Shown piece by piece: positions 16,246 through 24,552 of a stretch of DNA of 32,000 nucleotides. The DNA lies in the NCBI RefSeq assembly GCF_001457595.1, contig NZ_LN831039.1, positions 1,890,001 through 1,922,000 of the forward strand. The letters run 5' to 3'. The stretch is from Mycolicibacterium smegmatis (lineage in GTDB: Bacteria; Actinomycetota; Actinomycetes; Mycobacteriales; Mycobacteriaceae). The first letter of the stretch is position 1. Each line of letters begins with the position of its first letter. Both the position numbers and the translations under genes were made by a program. The notes beneath the pieces were generated by a model that did not search any database, was not told where the DNA came from, and saw only the letters and a program-made list of their open reading frames with translations.

Positions 16246-16599
16246 GCCCTCGGGATAGAACAGGAACAACACGCAGCCCTCTTTCGACTGCGGAACGTGC
16301 CAGGAACCGGCAGGTGCGTGCAGGAACGTGCCGGCCGGATAATCGTTCACACCGTCGTTGAACACACCCGAGACGACGTAGACCTCCTCGGGTCCCGGGT
16401 TGTGGTGATCCTCCTTGCCCCAGACGGCGCCGGGCGCGATCTCGGTGATGACGGCCTTGGCGCCGTTGTCGCCCTCCCACAGGAGCTTGATCGTGATGCC
16501 CGGAAACGGTTCTCTGGCCGGCACGTCACCCGAGAAGACCCAGGTGTACCCGGGGGCATTCGGGCCGAACTGCGAGATGTCGCCTTTCGATGTGGTCAT
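16243..16599 (-). CDS. ChrR-like cupin (Cupin_7) protein lacking the N-terminal anti-sigma (ZAS) domain
   Basis: The translation has GITIKLLWEGDNGAKAVITEIAPGAVWGKEDHHNPGPEEVYVVSGVFNDGVNDYPAGTFLHAPAGSWHVPQS. ATG 16599 is chosen. Confidence 0.7.
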   Translation of the reverse strand: MTTSKGDISQFGPNAPGYTWVFSGDVPAREPFPGITIKLLWEGDNGAKAVITEIAPGAVWGKEDHHNPGPEEVYVVSGVFNDGVNDYPAGTFLHAPAGSWHVPQSKEGCVLFLFYPEG

Positions 16600-16646
16600 G
16601 TCAAGCGCAACCTGATCCCACGAGCGACTATTTCCGGTCGCCGCAG

Positions 16647-17405
16647 TCAGGACGCCGTTTGGCACACGGGGCACCAATAGGTGACGCGCTCACCACCGCG
16701 ATCGGTCTGGATCAACGTGCCGCAGCGGCGGCACGGTTCACCGGCGCGGCCGTACACCCACAGCTGGCGGCCGTTGCGGGTGTCACCGGTGGTGGTGCGG
16801 TTCCAGCGGGAGCGGTTGAGCCACAACATGTCCCTCGCGTGTTGCACGACGCGCAGCGGATCCTTCAGGGTGCCGACCGGTGCGGTGGGCAGGCGGCCGA
16901 ACACGAAACACAACTCGTTGCAGTAGACATTGCCGACCCCTGCCATCACCCGCTGGTCGAGCAGGGCCTGCGCCAGCGGACGGTCCGGGTCGGCCGCGAG
17001 ATTGTCCGCAGCGACGCGCGGTTCCCAGTCCGGCCCCAGCAGGTCCGGGCCCAGGTAGGCGACGGCGTCCATGTCGGTACCGCGGTCGAGGACCTCCAGG
17101 ATCCCCAGGTCGATGCCGATCGCGCGGGTGTCGGCGGTCTCCAGCACGATGCGGATGCGATGGGGCGCGACCTTGGTGTGCCCGATCCGCCAGGCGCCCT
17201 CCATCTTGAGGTGCGAGTGGATGCTTGCCGATCCGGCACGGATGAACAGATGTTTGCCGCGGCTGAGCACCTCGTCGACCACCGCACCGCTCAGATCCAC
17301 CGTGGCGTAGCGCGGCACCCGCACATCGCACCGCGTGAGCGTCTTGCCTTCCAGGGCGGCGCGCAATGCTGCCGCGGTGTGGAACACGGTGTCGCCTTCG
17401 GGCAT
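16647..17405 (-). CDS. nei: Fpg/Nei-family DNA glycosylase (endonuclease VIII)
   Basis: The N-terminus is MPEGD (catalytic Pro2/Glu3). An H2TH region is present. The C-terminal zinc finger reads [24 protein letters not shown]. The gene starts 2 nt after the lhr stop. Confidence 0.9.
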   Translation of the reverse strand: MPEGDTVFHTAAALRAALEGKTLTRCDVRVPRYATVDLSGAVVDEVLSRGKHLFIRAGSASIHSHLKMEGAWRIGHTKVAPHRIRIVLETADTRAIGIDLGILEVLDRGTDMDAVAYLGPDLLGPDWEPRVAADNLAADPDRPLAQALLDQRVMAGVGNVYCNELCFVFGRLPTAPVGTLKDPLRVVQHARDMLWLNRSRWNRTTTGDTRNGRQLWVYGRAGEPCRRCGTLIQTDRGGERVTYWCPVCQTAS

Positions 17406-17407
17406 GC

Positions 17408-20400
17408 CTAACGCAACCTCAGCCCGCGCGGGGTGCGTGACAGCCCGGCGCCCAGCAGGGCGTCCTGCACGACGGCACGCTCGGCGTCCACGTCGGGGTC
17501 GAGAACCGCGACGCCGTTGATCCGTTCGACGAGCAGTGACGGGATCCGGCCCGCGCTCACCAGATCGGTGAGCGCACCGGCGGCAGCCCGCTGGGCGTCC
17601 GCGTCGGCGCCGAAGCTCAGCAGCGACCGGCCGCCGCGTTCGAGGAACCACACCAACCGCCCGTCCACCAGCGCCACCAGCGCACCGGCCTTGCGGCCCG
17701 GGCGGTGTGCCTCGGAATCGGTCGGCCAACCGAGCGCGGCGCCGTACGGGTTGGCGGGATCGGTCGCCGCGAGCACCACGGCGTGATACTCGGGCCGCTC
17801 GGGGTCGACGTTGTCGAGATAGGACCGCAGACGGTCGACGGTCGATGCGACCGCGAACTGGGCACCGCCCAGCGACTCCACGAAGTAGCCGCGCTGACAC
17901 CGGCCCGCATCCTCGAACGCGCTGAGCACCTTGTACAGCGTGGCGAACCCGCCGGGCACCCCTTCGGCGCCCACCGCGCCCTTGGTGAGCACGCCGTGGC
18001 GGCCCAGCAGCAACTCGGCCTGGAAGTGGGCGCGCACGGTCGAATCCGGTTCGGCGGCAGGCAGTGCCGACCACCGCCCCGACACGGTCGGATCGGTGCC
18101 GCGGGTCTGGGCGTGCGCCACGCTGTAGCGGCTCAACCGCGGCGGCCGTTGGCGCTGCCGGTGTGCGGGCGCGCCCGACCGTCGCGGCCCAGACAGCACG
18201 GCACGCACCGGTGCGAACGTGTCGCCGGTGACCCAACCGGCCCAGATGAGTTCCCACAGCGCCTGTTTGAGTTCCTGGCCCGCGGTCCCCTCGACGGTGC
18301 CGTCGGTGAGCTGGCGGAAGAAATACGCGCCACCGTGGCCGAGGGTTTCCAGGATCACGCGATGCGTGTCGGTGAACTCGATCTCGGCACCGTGCGTCAG
18401 CGTCAACGGCGCGGTGTCGGCCAGGTGGAACGCGACCCATCCGTCGCCGTTGCCGATCTGGCCCGCACCCGACCACATCACCTCACCCGAGGCGAGCAGT
18501 TCGTCGAGCATCGCGGGCTGGTAGTCACGCACGCGCTGGGGGAACACCAGCGATTCGACCGCAGAGGCCGGGATCGGCACACCGGCAAGTTGTTCGATCA
18601 CGGTGGCGAGCCCGTCGACGCCCGTGGTGTTGGTCGATCCGACATGCTGCCAGGACGGGAGGAACCGTGCGTAGGCGTCGGTGCTGACCGGTTCCACCTG
18701 TGCGCGCAGCGCCGCGAGCGACCTGCGGCGCAGGATCTTGAGGACCTGCGCGTCGCACCACTGTTCACCGCTGAGGTCGGCGGCGAATTCGCCGCGGATC
18801 AACCGTCCGTCGACAGCCATGCGGCTCAACACATCCGACGCGACGCGCACGCCGAGGCCGAAGCGTGCGGCGGTCTGCTCGGTGGTGAACGGGCCACGGG
18901 TGCGCGCGTAGCGGCCGATCAGATCACCGAGCGGATCCGACGCCGACTCGGTGAACGCGGCCGGCACACCCACCGGCACCGGCACACCGATACCGTCACG
19001 CAGCAGCCCGATGTCCTCGACGGCGGCCCACCAGGTCTGACCCGCGTACGTGACGGGCAGTGCCCGTTTGGCGGCGTGCAGCCCGTCGAGCCAGGCGCCG
19101 ATGTTGTCGGCGGTGCAGCGCTGGGCGATGTCGGCCTCGGTGAGGGGACCGAGCAGTCGCAGCAGATCCGCCACGCCCTCGGCGTCGCGCGCGGCGCGCT
19201 CGGGCGTGAGGTGTTGCAGCTGTGCGGAAGTCGAGGCGACCACGGCCGGATCGAGCAGCTCACGCAGCTCGACGCGGCCGAGCAGTTCGGACAGCAGCAC
19301 GGTGTCGAGCGCCAGTGCCGCGGCGCGTCGTTCGGCCAGCGGGCTGTCACCTTCGTACATGAACGCCCCGACGTACCCGAACAGCAGCGACGCCGCGAAC
19401 GGCGACGGAGTCGCGGTCTCGACCTCGACGATCCGCAGGCGCCGCTGCGCGATCTTGTGCATGAGTTCGATGAGGGCGGGCACGTCGTAGACGTCCTGCA
19501 GGCACTCACGCACGGCCTCCAGCACGATCGGGAAATCCGGGTACTTGCGCGCGATGTCGAGCAGTTGCGCGGCCCGTTGCCGCTGGTGCCACAGCGGCGA
19601 GCGTTTCCCCGGGTGCCTGCGCGGTAGCAGCAGGGCCCTGGCCGCGCACTCGCGGAACCGTGACGCGAACAGCGCGGACCCGCCCACCTCCGCGGTCACG
19701 ATCGGCTCGATCTCGTCGGCGTCGAACACGAACAGATCTGCGCCGGGCGGCGTGTCACCACTGTCGGGCAGCCGGACGATGATGCCGTCGTCGGATGCCG
19801 TGGGCTTCTCGTCGATGCCGTAGCGTTCCCGTAACCGCCGGCCGACCGCGAGTGCCAACGGGCCGTGCACGCGAAGGCCGTACGGCGAGTGCAGGATCAC
19901 CCGCCAGTCGCCGAGTTCGTCGCGGAACCGTTCGACGACGAATGTGGTGTCGCTGGGTACCACACCGGTGGCCTCGCGCTGTTCGCGCAGCAACTGGTGC
20001 AGGTTGTCGGTCGCGTAGCCCGCGAAACCCATTTTCTGGCAACGCTTGTCGAAAGCCTTGCGGTCCAGGCTCGCGAGCTCACCGGTGAACGCGCCGACCG
20101 CGGCACCCAGTTCGGCCGGGCGGCCCACGCTGTCGCCGCGCCAGAAGGGCAACCGTGCGGGCTGGCCCGGCGCCGGGATCACCAGCACCCGGTCGTGCGT
20201 GATCTCGGTGATGCGCCAACTGGTCGCGCCAAGCGAGATCACATCGCCGGGCCGGGATTCGTAGACCATCTCCTCGTCGAGTTCACCTACGCGGGAAGGC
20301 TTTTCGGTCTCGGAGGCCAGGTATACGGTGAACATGCCGCGATCCGGGATCGCGCCGCCCGAGGTCACCGCGAGCCGCTGCGCGCCGGGGCGAGCGGTCA

Positions 20401-21931
20401 GTGTGCCCGTGTCACGGTCGTAGACCAGGCGGGGCCGCAACTCGGCGAACTCGGTCGACGGGTACTTGCCCGACAACAGGTCCAGGGTGGCCTCGAATGC
20501 GCTGCGCGGCAGCGTCGCGAACGGTGCGCTGCGGCGCACGGCGTCGAACCAGGCGTCGGCGTCGACCGGTTCCAGCGCGGCAACCGCGACGGTGTGCTGG
20601 GCCAGCACGTCGAGCGGGTTGGCGGGCACCCGCAGGGTCTCGATGTCGCCGGTCTGCATGCGCTGCACGGTGACCGCGCATCCGATCAGATCCGTGCGGT
20701 GCTTGGGGAACAGCACGCCCTGGGAGATCTCACCGACCTGGTGGCCGGCGCGGCCCACGCGTTGCAGACCGCTCGCCACCGAAGGCGGCGCCTCGACCTG
20801 GATCACCAGATCGACCGCACCCATGTCGATCCCGAGTTCCAGGCTCGACGTCGCGACGACGGCGCGCAGCCTGCCGCTCTTGAGGTCGTCCTCGACCTGG
20901 GCCCGCTGCTCCTTGCTGACCGAGCCGTGGTGAGCGCGCGCGAGCAGCGGCGGGGCCCCGTTGGCCTGCCCGCTGCCCATGAGATGCGCCGGCGCCCCGC
21001 CGCCGACCTCCGGATTGGGCCCGGCGGGCAGTTCGATGCCGCTGCGCTCGGCGTGGATCTCGTTGAGCCGCGAGGTCAGCCGCTCGGCGAGACGCCGCGA
21101 GTTGGCGAACACGATCGACGAATTGTGCGCCTCGACGAGGTCGACGATGCGTTCCTCGACGTCGGGCCAGATCGAGTTGTTGTCCAGATTCGCCATGTCG
21201 GGCACCGGCACCTGCACCGACAAATCGAAAGTCTTGGCCGCGGGCGGGCAGACGATCGTGGTGGGGGCCTGCCCGGACAGGAACCGCGCGACCTCCTCGG
21301 GCGGGCGGACCGTGGCCGACAACCCGATGCGCTGCGCCGGTGTGTCGAGGAGCTGGTCAAGACGCTCCAAAGACAACGCGAGGTGCGCGCCGCGCTTGGT
21401 GGCGGCCACCGCGTGCACCTCGTCGACGATGACCGTGCGCACCGAGGTGAGCGTCTCGCGGGCCGCCGAGGTCAGCATGAGGAACAGCGATTCGGGCGTC
21501 GTGATCAGGACGTCCGGGGGGTTGGCGATCATCGCACGGCGCTGGTTGGGCGGGGTGTCGCCGGAACGTACACCGACCGTGATGGACGGCGCGGGCAGTC
21601 CGTGCCGCTCGGCGACGCGGGTGATGCCGGTCAACGGGGTGCGCAGGTTCCGTTCGACGTCGACGGCCAGCGCCTTGAGCGGGGACACGTAGAGCACCTG
21701 CGTGCCCTGTGACGGTTCCCGGGCGGGATCGGCGAGACGGTCGATCGCCCACAGGAACGCGGCCAGGGTCTTGCCCGACCCCGTCGGGGCGATGACCAGC
21801 GTGTTGTTGCCTTCGGAGATTGCGGACCACGCGTCGGCCTGCGCGGGTGTGGGCGCTGCGAACGCGGTGGTGAACCACTCCCGGGTCAGCGCGCTGAACC
21901 GGCCCAGCGGATCAGCCCCATTGGTGGTCAT
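17408..21931 (-). CDS. lhr: Lhr, large ATP-dependent DEAH-box helicase
   Basis: 1507-aa ORF with APTGSGKT (motif I), DEVH (motif II), a helicase C domain and the long Lhr C-terminal extension. This is the same length I recall for the characterised M. smegmatis Lhr. Confidence 0.95.
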   Translation of the reverse strand: MTTNGADPLGRFSALTREWFTTAFAAPTPAQADAWSAISEGNNTLVIAPTGSGKTLAAFLWAIDRLADPAREPSQGTQVLYVSPLKALAVDVERNLRTPLTGITRVAERHGLPAPSITVGVRSGDTPPNQRRAMIANPPDVLITTPESLFLMLTSAARETLTSVRTVIVDEVHAVAATKRGAHLALSLERLDQLLDTPAQRIGLSATVRPPEEVARFLSGQAPTTIVCPPAAKTFDLSVQVPVPDMANLDNNSIWPDVEERIVDLVEAHNSSIVFANSRRLAERLTSRLNEIHAERSGIELPAGPNPEVGGGAPAHLMGSGQANGAPPLLARAHHGSVSKEQRAQVEDDLKSGRLRAVVATSSLELGIDMGAVDLVIQVEAPPSVASGLQRVGRAGHQVGEISQGVLFPKHRTDLIGCAVTVQRMQTGDIETLRVPANPLDVLAQHTVAVAALEPVDADAWFDAVRRSAPFATLPRSAFEATLDLLSGKYPSTEFAELRPRLVYDRDTGTLTARPGAQRLAVTSGGAIPDRGMFTVYLASETEKPSRVGELDEEMVYESRPGDVISLGATSWRITEITHDRVLVIPAPGQPARLPFWRGDSVGRPAELGAAVGAFTGELASLDRKAFDKRCQKMGFAGYATDNLHQLLREQREATGVVPSDTTFVVERFRDELGDWRVILHSPYGLRVHGPLALAVGRRLRERYGIDEKPTASDDGIIVRLPDSGDTPPGADLFVFDADEIEPIVTAEVGGSALFASRFRECAARALLLPRRHPGKRSPLWHQRQRAAQLLDIARKYPDFPIVLEAVRECLQDVYDVPALIELMHKIAQRRLRIVEVETATPSPFAASLLFGYVGAFMYEGDSPLAERRAAALALDTVLLSELLGRVELRELLDPAVVASTSAQLQHLTPERAARDAEGVADLLRLLGPLTEADIAQRCTADNIGAWLDGLHAAKRALPVTYAGQTWWAAVEDIGLLRDGIGVPVPVGVPAAFTESASDPLGDLIGRYARTRGPFTTEQTAARFGLGVRVASDVLSRMAVDGRLIRGEFAADLSGEQWCDAQVLKILRRRSLAALRAQVEPVSTDAYARFLPSWQHVGSTNTTGVDGLATVIEQLAGVPIPASAVESLVFPQRVRDYQPAMLDELLASGEVMWSGAGQIGNGDGWVAFHLADTAPLTLTHGAEIEFTDTHRVILETLGHGGAYFFRQLTDGTVEGTAGQELKQALWELIWAGWVTGDTFAPVRAVLSGPRRSGAPAHRQRQRPPRLSRYSVAHAQTRGTDPTVSGRWSALPAAEPDSTVRAHFQAELLLGRHGVLTKGAVGAEGVPGGFATLYKVLSAFEDAGRCQRGYFVESLGGAQFAVASTVDRLRSYLDNVDPERPEYHAVVLAATDPANPYGAALGWPTDSEAHRPGRKAGALVALVDGRLVWFLERGGRSLLSFGADADAQRAAAGALTDLVSAGRIPSLLVERINGVAVLDPDVDAERAVVQDALLGAGLSRTPRGLRLR

Positions 21932-21937
21932 CTAGCC

Positions 21938-21960
21938 ATGGTGCACCCGGGCACCGACAA
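21938..21960 (-). promoter_or_regulatory. RecA-NDp/PafBC-type promoter giving a leaderless lhr mRNA
   Basis: The minus strand reads TTGTCGGTG-cccgggtg-CACCAT-ggctag-ATG. It matches tTGTCRgtg-N8-TAnnnT except for the first -10 base. The A of the lhr ATG is the 7th nt after the hexamer. Confidence 0.6.
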
Positions 21961-21992
21961 GGAACATGTCTGTTCGCGGCCGGCGGATCACA

Positions 21993-22166
21993 TCAGTCGG
22001 CTTTGCCCTGGCTCCTGGCCTCGGCGCCGCTCTGCTCGGCGTCGAAGGAATCGTCGCCCGCGGCCCGTCCGACGAAGCGCCCGCCCTCCCGCGAGGTGGC
22101 GACGTTCTCATCGGAGTCGACATCTTCTTCGGACCTGTCGTCCGTGTCTTCGGGGTGCTCGGCCAT
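21993..22166 (-). CDS. Small acidic protein, 57 aa (not in the ORF track because it is under 60 aa)
   Basis: The translation is MAEHPEDTDDRSEEDVDSDENVATSREGGRFVGRAAGDDSFDAEQSGAEARSQGKAD. By my count GC1/GC2/GC3 is about 77/49/86%, the coding pattern for this genome. The overlapping + strand ORF has about 70% GC3. A SigF-type motif lies immediately upstream. Confidence 0.5.
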   Translation of the reverse strand: MAEHPEDTDDRSEEDVDSDENVATSREGGRFVGRAAGDDSFDAEQSGAEARSQGKAD

Positions 22167-22176
22167 GGGCTGGTAC

Positions 22177-22202
22177 TACCCGGCGAACACCGTGGTGAAA
22201 CC
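22177..22202 (-). promoter_or_regulatory. SigF-type promoter motif GGTTT-N16-GGGTAG
   Basis: On the minus strand, GTTT is at 22201-22198 and GGGTA at 22181-22177. Ten nt separate GGGTA from ATG 22166, which implies a leaderless or very short-leader transcript. Confidence 0.5.
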
Positions 22203-22282
22203 GGGCTTGAGCTGCGGCCGACCGGGGTACTTTCAGGGCATCGGCAGGTTGTCCCGCACGATGCGCACGTATAGGTCCGCAC

Positions 22283-23731
22283 ATGGAGTGGTTCACGGCA
22301 TCCGACTACTGGCTGGCACGGATGGTGTTGCAGCGGGGGATCGCGGCGCTCTACGTCGTCGCGTTCGTCGCGGCGGCGCTGCAGTTCCGGGCACTGCTGG
22401 GCGAGCGCGGCCTGTTGCCGATCCCGCGGTTTCTGGCGCGTAGCTCGTTCCGCAATTCGCCGAGCATCTTCCACCTCCACTACTCCGACCGGTTCTTCGC
22501 CGCGGTCTGCTGGACCGGCGCCGCGGTCGCGGCCGCCATGGTGCTGGGCGCAGGGGACCGGTTGCCGCTGTGGGCCGCGATGCTGGTGTGGGTGCTCCTG
22601 TGGGTGCTGTACCTGTCGATCGTCAACGTGGGACAGGCCTGGTACTCGTTCGGATGGGAGTCGCTGCTGCTGGAGGCAGGCACGCTCGCGGTGTTCCTCG
22701 GCAACGACGACGTGGCGCCGCCGCTACTGGTGCTGTGGCTCGTGCGGTGGCTGCTGTTCCGCGTCGAGTTCGGCGCCGGGATGATCAAGATGCGCGGCGA
22801 CCGCTGCTGGCGTGATCTGACGTGCCTGTACTACCACCACGAGACCCAGCCGATGCCCGGCCCGCTCAGCTGGTTCTTCCACCACCTGCCCAAGCCGCTG
22901 CACCGCGTCGAGGTGGCGGGCAACCACGTGGCGCAACTGGTGATCCCGTTCCTGCTGTTCGCCCCGCAGCCGGTCGCGAGCACTGCGGCCGCGGTTGTCA
23001 TCGTCACGCAGCTGTGGCTCGTGGCCTCAGGGAACTTCGCGTGGCTCAACTGGATCACGATCGTCCTGGCGTGCGGGGTGGTGTCGGATACGGCGCTTTC
23101 CGCCGTGGTCGGGGTGTCGGCGGCGCCCGATGTGGGTGACCCGCCGGTGTGGTACGTGGCCGCGGTGGTCGCGTTCACCGCGATGGTGGTGTCGTTGAGC
23201 TTCTGGCCGCTGCGCAACCTGGTCACAAAGCGGCAGCGGATGAACATGTCCTACAACCGGTATCACCTGGTGAACTCGTACGGCGCGTTCGGCGTGGTCG
23301 GCCGCACACGCGACGAGGTGGTGATCGAGGGGACCGACGAGCCGACGATCAACGACGAGACGACGTGGCGTGAGTACGAGTTCAAGGGCAAGCCGGGGGA
23401 CGTGCGACGCCTGCCGCGTCAGTTCGCGCCGTATCACCTGCGCCTGGACTGGCTGATGTGGTTCGCGGCGATCTCACCGACCTATGCGCATCCGTGGCTG
23501 CGGACGTTTCTGGAACGGCTGCTCGAAGGCGACCGGGCGACGCTGAAGCTGTTGCGCACCAACCCGTTTCCCGGTGAACCGCCGCGGTATGTGCGGGCAC
23601 GGCTGTACCGGTACCGCTACAGCACGTGGGACGAACTGCGCCGCGACCACGTGTGGTGGCAGCGCACGCTGCTGGGCGACTATGTGCCGCCGGTGACGCT
23701 ACGTGCCGGGCACGGCAGTGCCGCGCAGTGA
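22283..23731 (+). CDS. Lipase maturation factor (LMF1/DUF1222) family polytopic membrane protein
   Basis: GAGMIKMRGDRCWRDLTCLYYHHETQPMPGP closely parallels the eukaryotic LMF1 core (GAGLIKIRGDRCWRDLTC..HYETQPMPNP, from memory). FGWESLLLEAG and SGNFAWLNW are also shared. There are many TM segments. Confidence 0.85.
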   Translation: MEWFTASDYWLARMVLQRGIAALYVVAFVAAALQFRALLGERGLLPIPRFLARSSFRNSPSIFHLHYSDRFFAAVCWTGAAVAAAMVLGAGDRLPLWAAMLVWVLLWVLYLSIVNVGQAWYSFGWESLLLEAGTLAVFLGNDDVAPPLLVLWLVRWLLFRVEFGAGMIKMRGDRCWRDLTCLYYHHETQPMPGPLSWFFHHLPKPLHRVEVAGNHVAQLVIPFLLFAPQPVASTAAAVVIVTQLWLVASGNFAWLNWITIVLACGVVSDTALSAVVGVSAAPDVGDPPVWYVAAVVAFTAMVVSLSFWPLRNLVTKRQRMNMSYNRYHLVNSYGAFGVVGRTRDEVVIEGTDEPTINDETTWREYEFKGKPGDVRRLPRQFAPYHLRLDWLMWFAAISPTYAHPWLRTFLERLLEGDRATLKLLRTNPFPGEPPRYVRARLYRYRYSTWDELRRDHVWWQRTLLGDYVPPVTLRAGHGSAAQ

Positions 23732-24514
23732 CCGCTGGTAGCGCCGCATCCCGGCGATCCAGCGGTCGTAGTCGGAACCCTTGCGGCGGTACAGGTCGAG
23801 TACGTGCGGGTGGGGCAGGACGAGGAACCGCCCGGCCTGTACGGCCTCGACGGTCACGGTTGCCACATCCTGCGGCGTGATCACGTCACCGGACTGCACG
23901 ATCGACTCGGCGCCGACGAGGGCATCGGTCTCGGCCGAGTTGCGCACGGCATGCAGCAGCGGGGTGTCCACCCCCAGCGGGCACACGCAACTCACGCCGA
24001 CGCCGTCGTCGCCGTAGGTGATCGCGAGCCACTCGGCGAAGCCCACCGCGGCGTGCTTGGTGACGGCGTAGCCGGCCGCGCCGATCTGCGAGAGCAGACC
24101 GGCGGCCGAGGCCACCGACACGAAATACCCGCGCCCGCGCGAGATCCACTGCGGCACCAGGACATCGGCGGCCCGTATGTGCGCCCGCAGGTTCACCGCG
24201 AGGATGCGGTCCCACTCCTCGTCGGTGCCCAGACCCGACGCGCCGATGATCCCCGCGTTGGCGACGTAGATGTCGACCGGGCCGAACTCGGTGCGGGTGA
24301 GCGCCTCGATGTCGGCTGTGGCGGAGGCGTCCGCGCGCACCGCCACGGCGTTCCCGCCCGCCGACTCGATCCGTGCCGCGGTGGCTGCGGCGCCCGGTTC
24401 GTCGAGGTCGGCGACGACGACGCGGGCGCCCGCGGCCGCGAACGCCTCTGCCAGCGCCGCGCCGATGCCCGAACCGCCGCCGGTGACCACGGCGGTCGTG
24501 CCGTCGATGTCCAT
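23699..24514 (-). CDS. Short-chain dehydrogenase/reductase
   Basis: The translation has TAVVTGGGSGIGAAL, NAGI and YAVTKHAAV (YxxxK). A GAAAGAGG SD precedes ATG 24514. It lies 38 nt downstream of pcd on the same strand. Confidence 0.85.
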   Translation of the reverse strand: MDIDGTTAVVTGGGSGIGAALAEAFAAAGARVVVADLDEPGAAATAARIESAGGNAVAVRADASATADIEALTRTEFGPVDIYVANAGIIGASGLGTDEEWDRILAVNLRAHIRAADVLVPQWISRGRGYFVSVASAAGLLSQIGAAGYAVTKHAAVGFAEWLAITYGDDGVGVSCVCPLGVDTPLLHAVRNSAETDALVGAESIVQSGDVITPQDVATVTVEAVQAGRFLVLPHPHVLDLYRRKGSDYDRWIAGMRRYQRSLRGTAVPGT

Positions 24515-24552
24515 GTGCCTCTTTCTACCCGAGTTCCTACCCGGGGCCGGTG

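Noticed and set aside
16647-18476. 609-aa version of the nei ORF extending into lhr
   Set aside because: The extension overlaps the 3' kilobase of lhr in another frame and is Arg/Gly/Pro-rich. Fpg/Nei enzymes need Pro2 as the N-terminal nucleophile, which fixes the start at MPEGD (17405).
17705-21712. Two long + strand ORFs (640 and 615 aa) opposite lhr
   Set aside because: They are antisense to a 1507-aa helicase with all motifs intact. They are Arg/Gly/Asp-rich, low-complexity and have no domain. They are shadow ORFs.
21962-21975. GAACA-tgtc-TGTTC dyad just upstream of the lhr promoter, considered as a LexA SOS box
   Set aside because: The mycobacterial SOS box is GAAC-N4-GTTC. Here GAAC and GTTC are 6 nt apart, so it does not fit. 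It may be a weak hairpin after the small acidic ORF, or chance.
21966-22274. 102-aa + strand ORF with a Tat-like RRITSVGFALAPG N-terminus ending 9 nt before the LMF gene (also the 182-aa minus ORF 21932-22480 and the 146-aa + ORF 22003-22443)
   Set aside because: Its GC3 is about 70% by my count, against about 86% for the overlapping 57-codon minus-strand ORF. Its SD is only 2 nt from the ATG. The other two ORFs are Arg/Pro-rich. This is kept as a lower-probability alternative that ribosome profiling could resolve.
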